A stretch of 61,457 nucleotides of DNA from Octopus bimaculoides (GCF_001194135.2 NC_068990.1:7765843-7827299), one strand, 5' to 3'. Positions 37,595 to 52,524 are shown, counted from the stretch's first letter. Translations and numbers: made by a program. Notes: generated by a model not told the origin, from the sequence alone.

Positions 37595-38469
37595 NNNNNN
37601 NNNNNNNNNNNNNNNNNNNNNNNNNNNNNNNNNNNNNNNNNNNNNNNNNNNNNNNNNNNGACAGATACAGATGTGCGTGTGTGTGTGTGTGTGTGTTTGC
37701 GTGTGTGTGCTTGTGTATGTATATGTGTGCTTGCGCGTTCACAGTGCAAAAGAAAGAGGAAGAGAGAAAAGGAAAAAGAGGAGGAAGGTAGGAACACAAA
37801 AGGTGAAAGAGAGAGTTCGAGTAAATGAGCGAGCGAATCGTAAAGAAACATCTTAAAGCTCATAGCATATACAGAATACATACATACATACACACATACA
37901 TACATGCATACATACATACATGCATACATATATGCATGTGTATATATATATATATATATATATATTCATATTTATATATAAACACACATGCATACATTCA
38001 GAGATACATATATATTGTATCTATATATATCTGCATCTATATATACATATATACACACACATTACTTCATTAATGCACGTGTGCATATCTATTTATATGT
38101 NNNNNNNNNNNNNNNNNNNNNNNNNNNNNNNNNNNNNNNNNNNNNNNNNNNNNNNNNNNNNNNNNNNNNNNNNNNNNNNNNNNNNNNNNNNNNNNNNNNN
38201 NNNNNNNNNNNNNNNNNNNNNNNNNNNNNNNNNNNNNNNNNNNNNNNNNNNNNNNNNNNNNNNNNNNNNNNNNNNNNNNNNNNNNNNNNNNNNNNNNNNN
38301 NNNNNNNNNNNNNNNNNNNNNNNNNNNNNNNNNNNNNNNNNNNNNNNNNNNNNNNNNNNNNNNNNNNNNNNNNNNNNNNNNNNNNNNNNNNNNNNNNNNN
38401 NNNNNNNNNNNNNNNNNNNNNNNNNNNNNNNNNNNNNNNNNNNNNNNNNNNNNNNNNNNNNNNNNNNNN

Positions 38470-38522
<53 letters not shown>

Positions 38523-40084
38523 ATGTATGTGTGTGTGTCCATGTAAGTATGTATGTATTTATGTATGTATGTACACTCACAAAGTGTATACTTAAACATT
38601 ATATATTTAGAAGAATGAACGTGTTATGAAAAAAAAAAAAAAACGAAAGGAAAAAAGAACCAAATTCAATAAAACTAAAAGTATATACATGAGAATTACG
38701 AATACAAACAAAATGTTAAAAAAAAATGGTGTAATCTCTCAGAAATTCCACTTTTCATGTAAAGTTCACTCTTTGACATTTATCTGTTACTTACCAAAGA
38801 GAACTTTCAAGAGACACAACTGTACATAATCTGAAACACGGAAGGTAGATTGTAGCTTTAAAGGTTGGGAAGACAAAACCTAAACCTGGCACGCATTACA
38901 ATGTTCACCCTTTTCTTTAATGTTTTACTATTATTTATGTATTTATTTAGTCATTCGTTTATTTATTTTTAAATGTTCTATACGGATAATTGTGACTTAC
39001 TAACGATGAACCGCGTCTCGCCTCTTTTATTTCTTCGTCGATGCGCATGATTATGATGATGATGTTCTTGATGGGGATGATGTTCTTAATGGTGATGATA
39101 TAGATGTTATTGTTGTTGATGATGACTATGTTGATGATGATGAGGAGGAGGAGGATTGACGACGGCGACGATGCTGATGATAATGGNNNNNNNNNNNNNN
39201 NNNNNNNNNNNNNNNNNNNNNNNNNNNNNNNNNNNNNNNNNNNNNNNNNNNNNNNNNNNNNNNNNNNNNNNNNNNNNNNNNNNNNNNNNNNNNNNNNNNN
39301 NNNNNNNNNNNNNNNNNNNNNNNNNNNNNNNNNNNNNNNNNNNNNNNNNNNNNNNNNNNNNNNNNNNNNNNNNNNNNNNNNNNNNNNNNNNNNNNNNNNN
39401 NNNNNNNNNNNNNNNNNNNNNNNNNNNNNNNNNNNNNNNNNNNNNNNNNNNNNNNNNNNNNNNNNNNNNNNNNNNNNNNNNNNNNNNNNNNNNNNNNNNN
39501 NNNNNNNNNNNNNNNNNNNNNNNNNNNNNNNNNNNNNNNNNNNNNNNNNNNNNNNNNNNNNNNNNNNNNNNNNNNNNNNNNNNNNNNNNNNNNNNNNNNN
39601 NNNNNNNNNNNNNNNNNNNNNNNNNNNNNNNNNNNNNNNNNNNNNNNNNNNNNNNNNNNNNNNNNNNNNNNNNNNNNNNNNNNNNNNNNNNNNNNNNNNN
39701 NNNNNNNNNNNNNNNNNNNNNNNNNNNNNNNNNNNNNNNNNNNNNNNNNNNNNNNNNNNNNNNNNNNNNNNNNNNNNNNNNNNNNNNNNNNNNNNNNNNN
39801 NNNNNNNNNNNNNNNNNNNNNNNNNNNNNNNNNNNNNNNNNNNNNNNNNNNNNNNNNNNNNNNNNNNNNNNNNNNNNNNNNNNNNNNNNNNNNNNNNNNN
39901 NNNNNNNNNNNNNNNNNNNNNNNNNNNNNNNNNNNNNNNNNNNNNNNNNNNNNNNNNNNNNNNNNNNNNNNNNNNNNNNNNNNNNNNNNNNNNNNNNNNN
40001 NNNNNNNNNNNNNNNNNNNNNNNNNNNNNNNNNNNNNNNNNNNNNNNNNNNNNNNNNNNNNNNNNNNNNNNNNNNNNNNATATA

Positions 40085-40310
40085 TATAAATGTATGTGTG
40101 TGTATGTGTTTGTGTGCGAGTTTGTCCCCCCATCATCGCTTGATAACCGATGCTGGTGTGTTAATGTCCGCGTAGCTTAGCGGTTCGGCAAAGGAGACGG
40201 ACAGAATAAGTACTAGGCTTAAAACAATTGAGTCGATTTGCTCGACCAAAGGTGGTGCTCTAGCATGGCCACAGTCAAATGACTGAAATAAATAGAAGGA
40301 TAAAAAAAAA
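40085..40310 (+). mobile_element. SINE family A, 3' body
   Basis: TTTGTCCCCCCATCATCGCTTGATAACCGATGCTGGTGTGTT..TAGCGGTTCGGCAAAGGAGAC..AGAATAAGTACTAGGCTT..GCATGGCCACAGTCAAATGACTGAAAT. Confidence 0.85.
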
Positions 40311-40699
40311 CGAGAAATATAAGTTATGTTCCTTACTTGCTGGTTAACATATATATTTTTTCTCACTGCCTGTTTCAAATTTAGACTTAAACTACTCCAA
40401 GCAATTGAAGTATTTTAAATCTAAATTAGCATTCAATCGGGCGGCGATGTTTTAATTAACGACGTATAATAGCATTTTAATCAATTGTATATCATGTCAT
40501 TAACTTGACTAATGGAGAAAATTGTCAAATAGTGAAGCAGAGATTGTTCCGCTTCGAGAGATCAAGTTCTCTTATTTTTGATATTCATACATATAAACAG
40601 ATCCGTTGTATTAACATAGTATTCATAATTTTTTCTTGTCTTTACTTAGAATATGACACTAGCATAAAGGAATTTACTTTTAATATTTAGAACTTATTT

Positions 40700-41065
40700 A
40701 GGGCGGTGAGCAGGAAGAATTGTTAGTACGCCGTACAAAATGCTTAGAGGCATTTCGTTCGTCTTTACGTTCTGAGTTCAAATTCCACTGAAGTCGACTT
40801 TGCGTTTCGTCCCTTCTGAGCTCGATAAAATAAATACTAGTTAAGCACTGGGGTCGTTGTAATCGACTTATCCTCTCTCTCTAAATCGGAAACTTTGTGT
40901 CAAAATTTGAAATCAATATTTAGAGCTTATAAGGCAATGAGCCGGTAGAGTTTTTTTCACACCGGGCAAAATGCTTAGCGAGTTGAGTACTGGGGTCGAC
41001 GTAATCGACTTTCCCTCCTCCCCCGAACTTGATGGTCTTGTGCCTAATTTTGAAGCCGATATTTA
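40700..41065 (+). mobile_element. Two tandem co-oriented SINE family B copies
   Basis: 40700-40920 is complete (GGCGGTGAGC..GTTCTGAGTTCAAATTCC..GTCGACTTTGC..GATAAAATAAATAC..TGGGGTCG..TAATCGACTT). 40930-41065 has an internal deletion after ATGCTTAGCG. Confidence 0.85.
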
Positions 41066-42179
41066 CAGCTCATTTTCAGATAAAATAGAAGCCACTATCA
41101 TTCAAGACTTGCTAAGAAATCGGCAATAAATATGGACACATTGATAGTTTCAGACCACGAACTGTCTTTAAGAATTCATCTATATATTTCTTATGAAATT
41201 CATTTTCTCACATGCGTCAAAATGATTTCCAAAATATTTGCCTTCTCACTGCCTGTTCGTACATAGACGGAACCAAATGAACTTTATATCAGCCAAACAC
41301 CATGAGCAACCATATGTCGGAAGGCTGAAGAAGAAAAATAGCAGAGATCAACTGATGAATTGTTATTTACGAATTCATAGTGAAAATTAATTAAATAATA
41401 CAAATCATTAAATGATATGTGGTTAAATATTTTCTCTAATTAGGACATATATCTTAAGCGATATTGTCCTGACAACTGAGATTCAGAGGTACTTTAAACA
41501 GTGAATTATCAAGTGTGTGAGAGACGATGTCATCAAATACAGTCCATTTTGTTCTTCCTTTAGACACTTTCAGTGATTCGTTGACAAAAGTTAAACTAAA
41601 TTTATAACTGTTCAGTTAACAAAGGTTGTCGACAACTTCTGTTTTAACAAACGAAAGTGCATTAAATTGAAGTTGGTTAGAGATTGCTCAAAGAACTTTA
41701 TTGCAAACCATCTATCTTTTTTTTTTTTTTTGCCGGAATCTAACAGACACGAGATTTGATTAACGATATCCACAATAGGAATGCAATTCGAATTTGTGGA
41801 TGCCAGTAGTGAAAACTTGCGATTCTTATTGTAAAAAGAAATACATATGTTTTTACAACAAACCACAATATCTGTATCAATAAAGAAACATGACCTCAAT
41901 GCCGGCAAATGGACAAACGTAATCTTAGTAAAAGGCCATGGTTTTAATTTCCTTCAATACAAATGACAATGACGTGGTATCCTTGTGAATAAGCATGTTA
42001 ATACAAAACATGTGTAGATACACACCTACACGTTACATGCATACATACATACATACACAAACACACATACAAGCAGAAAAATACATAAGAATCGTATGTC
42101 TGTATACCATCATAAGTGGTTTTGTGTTTGATGAGACGAAGAAGTTACCCTAATTCTGATGAGAGACAAAAGGAAAGAG

Positions 42180-42227
<48 letters not shown>

Positions 42228-42946
42228 AGAAAAGTGAAAGAGAGAACGATAAAGAGGGAGAATTAGCTTTTTTGGCATGGAAAATTTATCAGATCACATT
42301 GCAAGAAAGCGTGTTCAATTGTCCATTGTAAAAGATCCGTCCTTACCTTAGACAACTTAGTTCTTTGGCAAATTTTCCGCAGTTTTTGTTTAATTTATTT
42401 TTAGTTTTTGGATTAGATGCATTTAAAATTTTCTGCAAATACGTTAGCTACTCCAAAAAAAAAAAAAAGTAAATTCTATCCAACGAAGCGTTCCAGTAAG
42501 GTGGTTTCAACTTACAGATTCTGCGAATTCTAGTGAAAAAAACAAAACAAAGTATCTTTTAAAAATGTATTAAATATCGCTTAAATTATATTATAAGCAA
42601 TTATTGAATTCTAAATCTAAAACTGCATTTCATTTTTAGTTGTTGAGTAGCCTTATGTCAGCGCTTAATTGATTGAAATAAATATATTTATATATATCAC
42701 TTACTACACACAGGTTTTAAATTCGGGTTACTATTGTTTTTGGTTTGAGAGTCTGAATGATTGCCTAGAAATACCTTCCTTATACAAGCTTGTCCGACCA
42801 TCATATTTTCAGAGGCTTGAAACTAATAGCAGCTGTAATTTAAACCATGTGTATATTAAATGGTATTTATCTCACACTGGATGGAAAACATGTTGATTAC
42901 ATTAATGGAACAGTGCTTGAAGTATGTATGTATGTATGTTTGTATA

Positions 42947-43093
42947 GGGAGAATTCACAAAAAAACAACAGACGAAAACAGGTGGTGTAGAAAACAAACA
43001 GATGTATTCGTATAACACTCAGGAATTGAAAAAGTCTTTAATGTTTCGAGCCTACAGTCCTCCACAGAAAGGAACACAGAAAGAAACAAGGAG

Positions 43094-43094
<1 letters not shown>
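42947..43094 (-). mobile_element. Probable Penelope-like terminal fragment with eroded hammerhead-like core
   Basis: Minus strand CTGTGGAGGACTGTAGGCTCGAAACATT, embedded between (TATG)n tracts. CUGANGA is not intact. Confidence 0.35.
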
Positions 43095-43124
<30 letters not shown>

Positions 43125-43132
43125 TGTATGTA

Positions 43133-43197
<65 letters not shown>

Positions 43198-43247
43198 ATA
43201 TATATATATATAAATNNNNNNNNNNNNNNNNNNNNNNNNNNNNNNNN

Positions 43248-43307
<60 letters not shown>

Positions 43308-45347
43308 TACGCATATATATACTTATATACAATCAACATCAGCAATTACTTTTTTTACACAATATATGTGCCAGAAAACATGGTCGTCCAATGATCTCAT
43401 CGATTTCCAACTGTTATGAGTAGTAAAAGCGACACGTCTTTTATTCACTTTTAAATTCATTATTCCACCTTCATATTCTAGAAAATTTCTTCAGTGCACT
43501 AATTTCTTCTGTCTCACTGATAGTAACAATATTTATTTCATGTTGGTACAAGAACATTTATTCAGATGGATTGTGTAGTCGATTAAATATAAATAATAAT
43601 GAAAATGATAATATCAATAATTATGATTAAAAATATTGCTAATACTGTATATAATTTATTTTAGAGGCAATACTAACTTGTTGACAGCTAACTGGTTTAC
43701 ATGAAATTATTTCGTCTCCAAAAAGAAAATATCTTGTACCCTTACAAGGGCTGCTTAATCGATTCTATCCACTTCATGAATCACATGAAGCAAATCACTT
43801 GATTTGTTCGTTGATTGATTGATTGTCTAAGAGAGATCTTTGAGAGGTAGCGTTCGCTTTCTGTGACCGTCAACACGAAGACAAACAAAGTGGAGACATG
43901 CAACTGCTTGCACGATCTCGTTCTATGGCATATCAAATATTGACAAAGATGAAAATAATATATGCAGTGGCAGTGGTGATATAGGAAATAATCTTAATAA
44001 TGATGAGTTTGCTGAGGCAAATGTAGACAGCACTTATAATTATGAAGGCACGACTACTGCAACTGTTCACTTCACTATAAAAGCCATAGTTGTTTGAAGG
44101 ATAGTGTGTAGTTTACGCATTTCTCAGTTAAAGAAATTACAAACACTGGATGGTGAAACCGTTGTGTAATCTCGATTTTCTGAAGATTACTTCTTTGTAG
44201 TCCAACCTTGCTAATATCTGCTCGATGTTTTATAGATTTATTGTTAAAAAGTGCAATAAATGAAATCAAAAATAGTATCTACCTTTTGTATGAGTGTATT
44301 GGGAAATACTGGAGCCGAAATATAACCTTCAATTAATCTATTTAATAAGAATAAAAATAAGCAATACACACAATAAGCTGCTGCCACTATGAATCTAGGA
44401 TCCGGTTTTGTTTGCATCAGTTTAAAGCTTTACTTATATCATTATCCCTCTTTTAAAATTGCGTGAATTTTGGTGACTTCTTATACATTGTACATGAGAA
44501 TGAAGATTGTATGTGAGAGGAATACGAGACGACTCTGAGTTTCAGTGAAATGCAAGATACAAGTGTTTTATTTTGATTCGTGCAAGAATCTTTTCAAACT
44601 AAATATTTTTTTCCTTCGTTTGTATGTATTCTAAATTGCTTGTAGAAACACATCCTAATCGCCGTTTTATATTGAACCAATTAAGAAAGTATATAGGCAA
44701 GAAATATAATAATCCAATGCTTTGTGCTAGTTCCATGTCTTCTATATTTCCTACGTGTATGTCGATATATAGTGAGAGTTAGTAGCTACATATCAGCTCA
44801 TTTTATAGTTTATATGAGAAAATGACAGGCGTAAGTAAAATCATTTTATCAATCGAGGTTAGCTTGATTAGTTTACTGTGAACTGAAAATGATTAGAAAA
44901 GCAATTCACATTTGAATTCGTTTCCAGAGATTTGCTATTTACCATATCGCAAATTTATATTGGTGCAGTTACGCAGACTAGCTTTGGAAATAAATTGACA
45001 GTAAATCCTGCTGTATCAGTTTACTGCATTAGCTGAATTATACTGCGTCTCTATGAGGTGCAAAATGTGAGGATCTAGGATGTCCAATAGTAAATGATGT
45101 TTATGCAGTGGGAAAGAAGAAGGCAAGTGAAAATTTAATGTAAAAATGTGAGATAGAATATTGCTTTTAAAGCACACTTCAATTAATCTAGAGAACTCAT
45201 ACACGGAAACCTCTGTTATCATTTCATCAGAACGCATTTATAGGTTTCAATTTCGAGACAAATTGAATCGATGTCCTTCATAACTTTTGGGTTTCAGTTT
45301 GCAGATGAAAATCGAGACTAAAGAAAATGGCGACAACGAAAACAATT

Positions 45348-45452
45348 GCCTTAACTTTTATAGGCTGAATATTTGTTATTGACATGTACAACTGGCTGCC
45401 ATCTTGTTTGTTATTGATGTATTTATAGGAGAGCTATTTTGTTTGTTATTGA
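45348..45452. repeat. Three copies of TTTGTTATTGA at exact 35-bp period
   Basis: The 11-mer occurs at 45372, 45407 and 45442. The 24-nt spacers are dissimilar, though two contain TTTATAGG. Confidence 0.7.
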
Positions 45453-45753
45453 AGAGTTCATTTGATGGCCACCTTGACTTTTATGAATATCTTCACCTAG
45501 CAGATTAGTTGGCGGCTTTCACTGAGTGTACGTTGTTGACTTCAAAAAATATTTTTTGTATTTGATGAGTATAAAACACACACACACGCGCGCTCGCACG
45601 CGCGCACACACACACACATACACACGCATACATGCACGCGCACACGCACAAACAAAAACATACACTATTTCTGTCTGTGATATATTATATATGTCTACGT
45701 GTGTTGTGTGTGTGTATACTAAATATACGTGTATACATATGTGTGAGTGTATG

Positions 45754-45803
<50 letters not shown>

Positions 45804-47376
45804 AGCACCATTTGTCTGGGTAGCAGACAATAAATCTTCTTTTGTTGCCCAGTGTTATTCTAAAAATTCAATATTAATATCCTTAATTCTATCTCGAAAA
45901 ATTAAAATAAATATATAGTTTAATACTCAAACTTTATTAAGGGTCTCATTAAAATTAATCCAAATATCTAAATCTACAAAGAGAATGCATTATAATAGTT
46001 TATTAAATGACCGAAATTGAAATAAATTATCAAACTTGGCACCTACTTTCGATATTTTCGAATGTTTACATTACGAATTATTTTGGTAATCAAGCAGATG
46101 TTAATACAGTTGAAAGCTTCCTTTAGGATATCTATCTTTCTGCGTCGATTCATTGTAGACTGCGGACTTCAGAGGACCTTAAGAAAAAAATCTAAAAGTG
46201 TCAGGTTTGAATGATTAAGTGGTTGTTCAACCAAACTTCGTTTCCCACATTACATTCCTGGTAAATTTTTATCCAAATAATCACACGCCCTGATAATAAA
46301 GGTGCAATCTGCGTCTTTCGAACCAATGAATATCATCAAAGTTGGGCTTTGAGAGATAAAGTTAGAGATAGTAACTTACGGATATATTAATTCTCTTATC
46401 AACAATGTAGATTATAAATGATTCAGTAAAATACCCTTACCCAAATCCTAATTATTTTAACAGAAATATATTCATAAAGGTAAATTATCTATTGAACTCA
46501 GACTTTTGCTCAAACCCTTCTCTCTTCCTCCTTCCTTCCCCCCCCTCTCTCTCTGTATATACACATCACACACACTCGAACACACACACTCGCACATACA
46601 CACACTCGCGCGCACGCACACACATGCACACACACACACACACGAGATGTGTGCGTGCAAATAACTCAATGTAGACGAGTGGGTCCCAAACAAGTAATGC
46701 TGATATAATTTGTCTGTTTCTGAGTAAATGTAAATAACTATTGCTTATTCAGCAACTCGCTCTAAAATAGAGAAAAAAAAACATTTAAGAGATCTAAATT
46801 TGATTTATTTAGAGAAATTTTTTTGGCTTCATTTTCTCTTTTCAATAAAGAACGCGTGTGTAACTTTTATGCCTCTTGCTGAAAATGGGCGAAAATTGTT
46901 TTCCTTCTCGAAATGAAACATTTACAGAACAAAATTTTGTAAGTCCGGATTTTCACAGAAAATGCTTATTGCTTTTTCTACATTTTCGCTAATCGTCTCC
47001 GTGTACATTTGGAGCCATTGTGCATTTGAAGTAGATACATAACATATTGGCTATTCATAGTTTTATCAAATACATGCAACCTCCCGAAGATAAGTGTTGC
47101 AAAATATGTCCTTTTTTCTTGCAGTGTTCCGCCTAAACTGCAAGAGAGTTTACAAATAACACTAGCTATATTTCCCATGCGGTTGAAGTACAAAATCGTT
47201 TTCGACATTTAAGCAACCACATATCTCAGCAAACTCCTAGTTCAAATAAATGTAGATGGTGTTACCAAACATGCAAATAATATATATTTATGACAGTCTT
47301 TCATAAATAAATACGGTATGTGTGTGTATGTATGCATGTATGAAGCTATGTATACCTACCTACCTATATACATACT

Positions 47377-47426
<50 letters not shown>

Positions 47427-50079
47427 CACACATATATACGCACAAGCACCAATACATTTACATTTGTCAACAAGCTTGATCCCTTACATATTTATTCAAA
47501 TTCCGTATGTTGAAGCAATTATTTCTCTCTTATTTAGTTTTCTCAGTAATTCAATGGTTGTGAATCGCTTTTGTAAATATGATTACATTGCCTCAGTTTG
47601 ATCGCTCTCCACTTTCTCTATATCTCTGTTCAATGCAGGGTACTCACTAGGAAAAAAGCAATTTTTCTTTTTTCTTCTTCGTTCCTCTGTCATTTCATTC
47701 CTAATTTATCGTGTTAAGTATTACGAGAGCATAAAAAACGGTCGTTGATAACAGTTCTACCTTAAGCGCGTTACTTAGTTCTTGTTTAGTTCCTGCGAAC
47801 ACTGTAAAGAAAATAGATTTTCTTTTTGCACCTTTGTAGTGTTAAGTAAATAATGTTTAAATAAATCAGTATAAAATATTAGTGTTACTTCTATGAGTCT
47901 CACACGCTTTTTTTTTTGTAGTTTTCCACTGAACAATATAAAACTATTTATCAGGAAAGAAAAAGTAAATCAGTACGTTATGTTTGTTCTTTCTTTTTGC
48001 TCATTTTTATTTTTCGCCTAGATTCAGAAAATAGCCAGAATTCTTTAAAGAACTAAGATGCAAAAGTGTCGGGGTGGGGTGGGGTGAGATATAAATTTAC
48101 AAATACTTCATAATTTGCACTTATTACTTCAAAGCTGAACTCCAATCTGAATTATCTCGCATTGTAATGTGTTTGTTGATTAAAATAAAAATCGTTAAAA
48201 ATCTAGAAGTGTCATTGGTTGAAACCCAAACCGTTATGAGTTGATTTATAAGATTTTTGGATAACCTGTTGTAATTACGTATTAGAAGTATATCACTCAT
48301 TGTATGTTCGGATATATTATTTCTATTTCATGAATTCTATCAGTAAACATTAAATTCAGTCGAAATATTTTTCTGTTTATCGCGTTTACTTGATTTTATG
48401 AGTTGGCGTATGTCTTTAGTTTAAGTAAAATTTAAAATTCATTGAAGTGTCGGCCCGATATTTAAGAGAAATAAATCGACAAGTTCATTAAATAACGAAA
48501 TAATCTTTTCCTTTTTTTAATCATAATATTAAGCAAAATGAGATTTATCTTCGATCTGTTCAGTTGCACCAATAAAAGCAGTGATAATATCATTGAAGTA
48601 ATGTTGGCGTGGCTTTTGAGATATTATCTCTCCATACTTCTATTAATATTTCATTAATGATATTTTCAGCATATAAGAAATTTTTGTCTCCCTTGACATT
48701 AGAATCATCACTAGATCTGATATTCTCAAGCTTGCTGTCAACATCTATAAAAGCTCGTTTCCTTGATTTAGCAGACGACATTATAAAACGTTAAGTGGGT
48801 GGTAGAGCGTCTGATCAAATACCTTGCAATGCTGTGTTAGGTTCCTTTACGTTCCGAGTTTAGATGCTGACTGTCAATTTCCAAAGGATAACATAAGGAT
48901 CTGTCAGTAAAATACGCACTGGAGAACGATGTGATACGTGATAAAGCGATGCTCTGCACAACTCAATAACTTAAAGACATTTGAAATATTCTTTGACTGG
49001 CTCAAATGCACAATTGAAGGTTAAACGTATATTCTCGATGATGGCTGTCTCGTGTGAGCCCTGTCAAGATATCTTTAATCAAACACGGCCATATTTAACG
49101 AGCTAGATTTAGACACCCAGGGATAATAGTTTTGTATAAATGTATGTAATTAAGGGACGTGTGGATTTCACAATCATTCTGCAGATACAGCAACAGACAC
49201 AATATACTTTATAGTATTTAAAATGGGTTTCTTAAAGATAATGATGTTTATCACATTTTTGCAAAATGTTGTGAGCGTAGAAATTTCAAATCAATTTTAA
49301 GTCAAATCCGATTTTCTCTATACTGCTTCCCTATACTGTCTCACCCTGTAAGAAAGTTAATGTTCTTCACTCCATTGAAGCAAGATGATTCATGTTAGTT
49401 CCAATAAGAAAGCCTCATAGTGGTAACTTATCCTGCTAGAAATAGCAGCTAAATATGCATACGCTTCTTGACAAGAGACGGTATAGCTATGCATTGAAAG
49501 TATTTAAACATTGGTTTGCTCGATAAAGGTTGACGAGGGTATAAATAATTATAGCAATCTCTCTGTTTGGATAGTCAGGAATACTGTCTCACTTCATCCG
49601 ATAAATGTTTCCAAATATCCAAAGAAAAGAGAATATGAACGTGCCATAAAATGGATTACGATGTAGTCAGGCTCTGAAACTTGTTTCAAAATGTCTTGTC
49701 CAATAAATATCTAAGCTACTGAGACAAGATATTGTTATTACAGTTATAAATCTTCAAACTATTTAGTTTTTACTTCTGTACTACTTTCCCATTCTTTTCA
49801 CGTAAGTAAGCCAGAAAAGCTTGGTTGATAAATCCTTTACTACTCTTAATTTAGAAATGAAGCCCCTTGCTTCAGATCCAGCCCGGTGCTACATAACTTA
49901 TCTTCAGACATACACAACTGGGATAGATTTCAACGACGGATCTTTTATTTCTTAGTAATCAACTAATTGAATTTAGAGTTAAGTAGACTATTTAAGAAAC
50001 GGTTCTGCTTCAGCACAATTCACAGGCTGAATCAGTGTGACAATGCACAACAGACTGAATATAGGTGACATGGCCGACC

Positions 50080-50230
50080 GTTTCAATTCCAGAAAAAGGA
50101 CGGACTTCCACACGGGTTACGTCCATGAAATTTTGCCCACAGAAGCTGGAGTGACACGCTGTTCTATTAAAAAGCACGTACCCAGTGTGCCACACAGTGG
50201 AATCGACTCCGGAACTGTTGATAGTAAAGT
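50080..50230 (-). mobile_element. Degenerate SINE with a family A-like head
   Basis: GCACGTACCCAGTGTGCCACACAGTGGAATCGACTCCGGAAC resembles the family A head segment GACACTTGCCCAAGGTGCC..CAGTGG.ACTGAACCCGGAAC. Confidence 0.5.
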
Positions 50231-50914
50231 GGTCTTCGTATTCATGGGACCAACCTACGTCCGTTATTATCTATATACCCGGGAAGAAGACACATGACAT
50301 CATGACTGGAGATCGTATTAAGGAAACGTAGTGTACATGTAAACATTAAGACAATATTTCGTCTCTAACGATGACGTTAATAATTATTAATTAAAACTGT
50401 ACCGTTCAACTTCAGTCATCCATCTTTACAATCATTCTTTTTAACTATGCACACAAATAATGAGAAAATGAGAAATATTGTTTGAATACTTTTACATTTA
50501 TATCACTGACGCAGAGCCAAGGAACAAGAGTTGGGGGTGATCCGATACTCTAATAAAAGAAACCAAATAGGTGCAATATGAAGACAGACGCGAAAATGAT
50601 TCTCTTTGAATCGGTTTGGATACAATAATAATTCATTCATTCATTCTTAATGAGTGTAATCGTTACTTAATTTATCGATTCCGGGGGAGTGAATATCAAA
50701 ATTAAGAATCTAAGGATATGAATCCGGAATCTACAGTTATTTAAAAACTGCGATTTTATAGTTTTATTTTTATAAGATATAGAATTCCTTAGAAAAGAAC
50801 CGATTCTTAATGGAGAGAAAATGCACACAGTTTTTGCCAAGTAAAGCTCTATAAACATGGATTCGCAAAAGAATAAATGATGATAAATTCCAGAAACACA
50901 TGACCCTAGGAATA

Positions 50915-51440
50915 ATATATATTCTTTTCTATTCTGGGCACAAGGCCCGAAATTTTAGGGGAGGGGTTCAGTCGATTAGATCGACCGTAGTACGCAACTG
51001 GTACTTAATTTATCGATCCCAAAAGATGTAAGGCAAAGTGGACATCGGTGGAATTCGAACTCAGAAATTAAAGACAGACAAAACACCTGCTACGCATTTC
51101 GCCCGGCGTGCTAACATTTCTGCCAGTTCGCCGCCTTAAGAATAAGAAATATTATATACATATACATGTACTACAAATTCACATACACATTCGTGCAATA
51201 CAAATGTAAACAATATCACAGAAATATTGGTTTCAAATTTTGGCACACGGCCTGCAGTTTCGGGGACGGGACTAAGTCGGCTACATCAACTCCACTGCTT
51301 GACTGGTACTTATTATATTGATCTCGAAAGATGAAAAGCAAAGTCGACCTCATTGGAATTTGAACTCAGAATGTCCAGACAGACGAAATGCCACTAAGCC
51401 TTTTGACCGGTTTGCTAACGATTCTACCAGCTCACCGCCA
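50915..51440 (-). mobile_element. Two co-oriented SINE family B copies (different tail subtypes)
   Basis: 50915-51140 has the sense tail GTGCCCAGAATAGAAAAGAAT. 51225-51440 has the sense tail GTGCCAAAATTTGAAACCAAT. Both heads read ..GGCGG(C/T)GA(A/G)CTGG. Confidence 0.9.
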
Positions 51441-52364
51441 TAACACAGAAATTTTGTGTTGACAAACAATTATGCAAAATAATTAAACCTGTGTATTCAC
51501 AATTATACACTACATCAAATCGGTCAGATATATACACAGGTTAATACAAACTTATATTCATAATATATATACGGACGCACATAAACTTTTTACTTTAGAC
51601 AGGACAAGAACTCAACAAGCCAAGTGCCGTTTCACACCTTCAGATTGCAAAATAGGCATATTTAAATTACGTTGATATATAGAGGCAATAGAGCGAGAAA
51701 GACCGGTGATGTTGAAATCTAGTTGAAGTGGATGTAGTAATGAAACTGAAAAGGTAAGTGAGATTTATGAGAAAGATAGAGGGACGCCGATTCCAACGAT
51801 TTCTTCATACAAAATGAAATGAAAAGTTGAAAGTGAAAAGCTGAAATAATTAGTATGTATGTAGTCGAGCAAATTTATTCAGTACCGGCAATTAGTGATT
51901 TTACAGAGAGATCATAGACATATAGCAAAATTGTAAGCGTTTCGCTCAACTATTCAAATACACATACACACACATGCATGCACACATACACACACAAAGC
52001 GAGACATAAACGCAAACATTTACACGCTCAGACGTACACATTCATTGACACAGAGAGAGCACATCACTGCACTTCTGAATTTACAAGTAGTCTTCTTCCT
52101 TTTTCTACTTCTCAAAGGTGACATCTTCATACTTCAGCAGAGTGCAGAAATCAATAATGGAACTTTGTAAAAGCAGTAGGAAGGTACCACCTTGTTTATT
52201 GATTCATCTTACATATTTCACTATCAGCAAGCTCAAGGCTGAATTTTCTTTTTTTCTTTGTATATTTGTTAGAATATTTGTCAAATACATATACAAAAAG
52301 AATTTTTAAATGTAATTTTTGTCTTATTTTTTGCTTTACGAATATAACAATATATAAATATATA

Positions 52365-52415
<51 letters not shown>

Positions 52416-52485
52416 GCATATATGTATATATATATATATATATACATACATACATAAATATANNNNNNNNNNNNNNNNNNNNNNN

Positions 52486-52524
<39 letters not shown>

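Noticed and set aside
4640-40180. Long ORFs (200-358 aa) containing X runs
   Set aside because: They read through assembly N gaps, so their length is artefactual.
45348-45452. CRISPR-like repeat-spacer reading of the 35-bp phased motif
   Set aside because: The repeat is only 11 nt with three copies, the context is eukaryotic and there are no cas genes.
48068-48088. G-rich tract GGGGTGGGGTGGGG as a G-quadruplex
   Set aside because: It has only three G-runs, too few for a canonical intramolecular G4.
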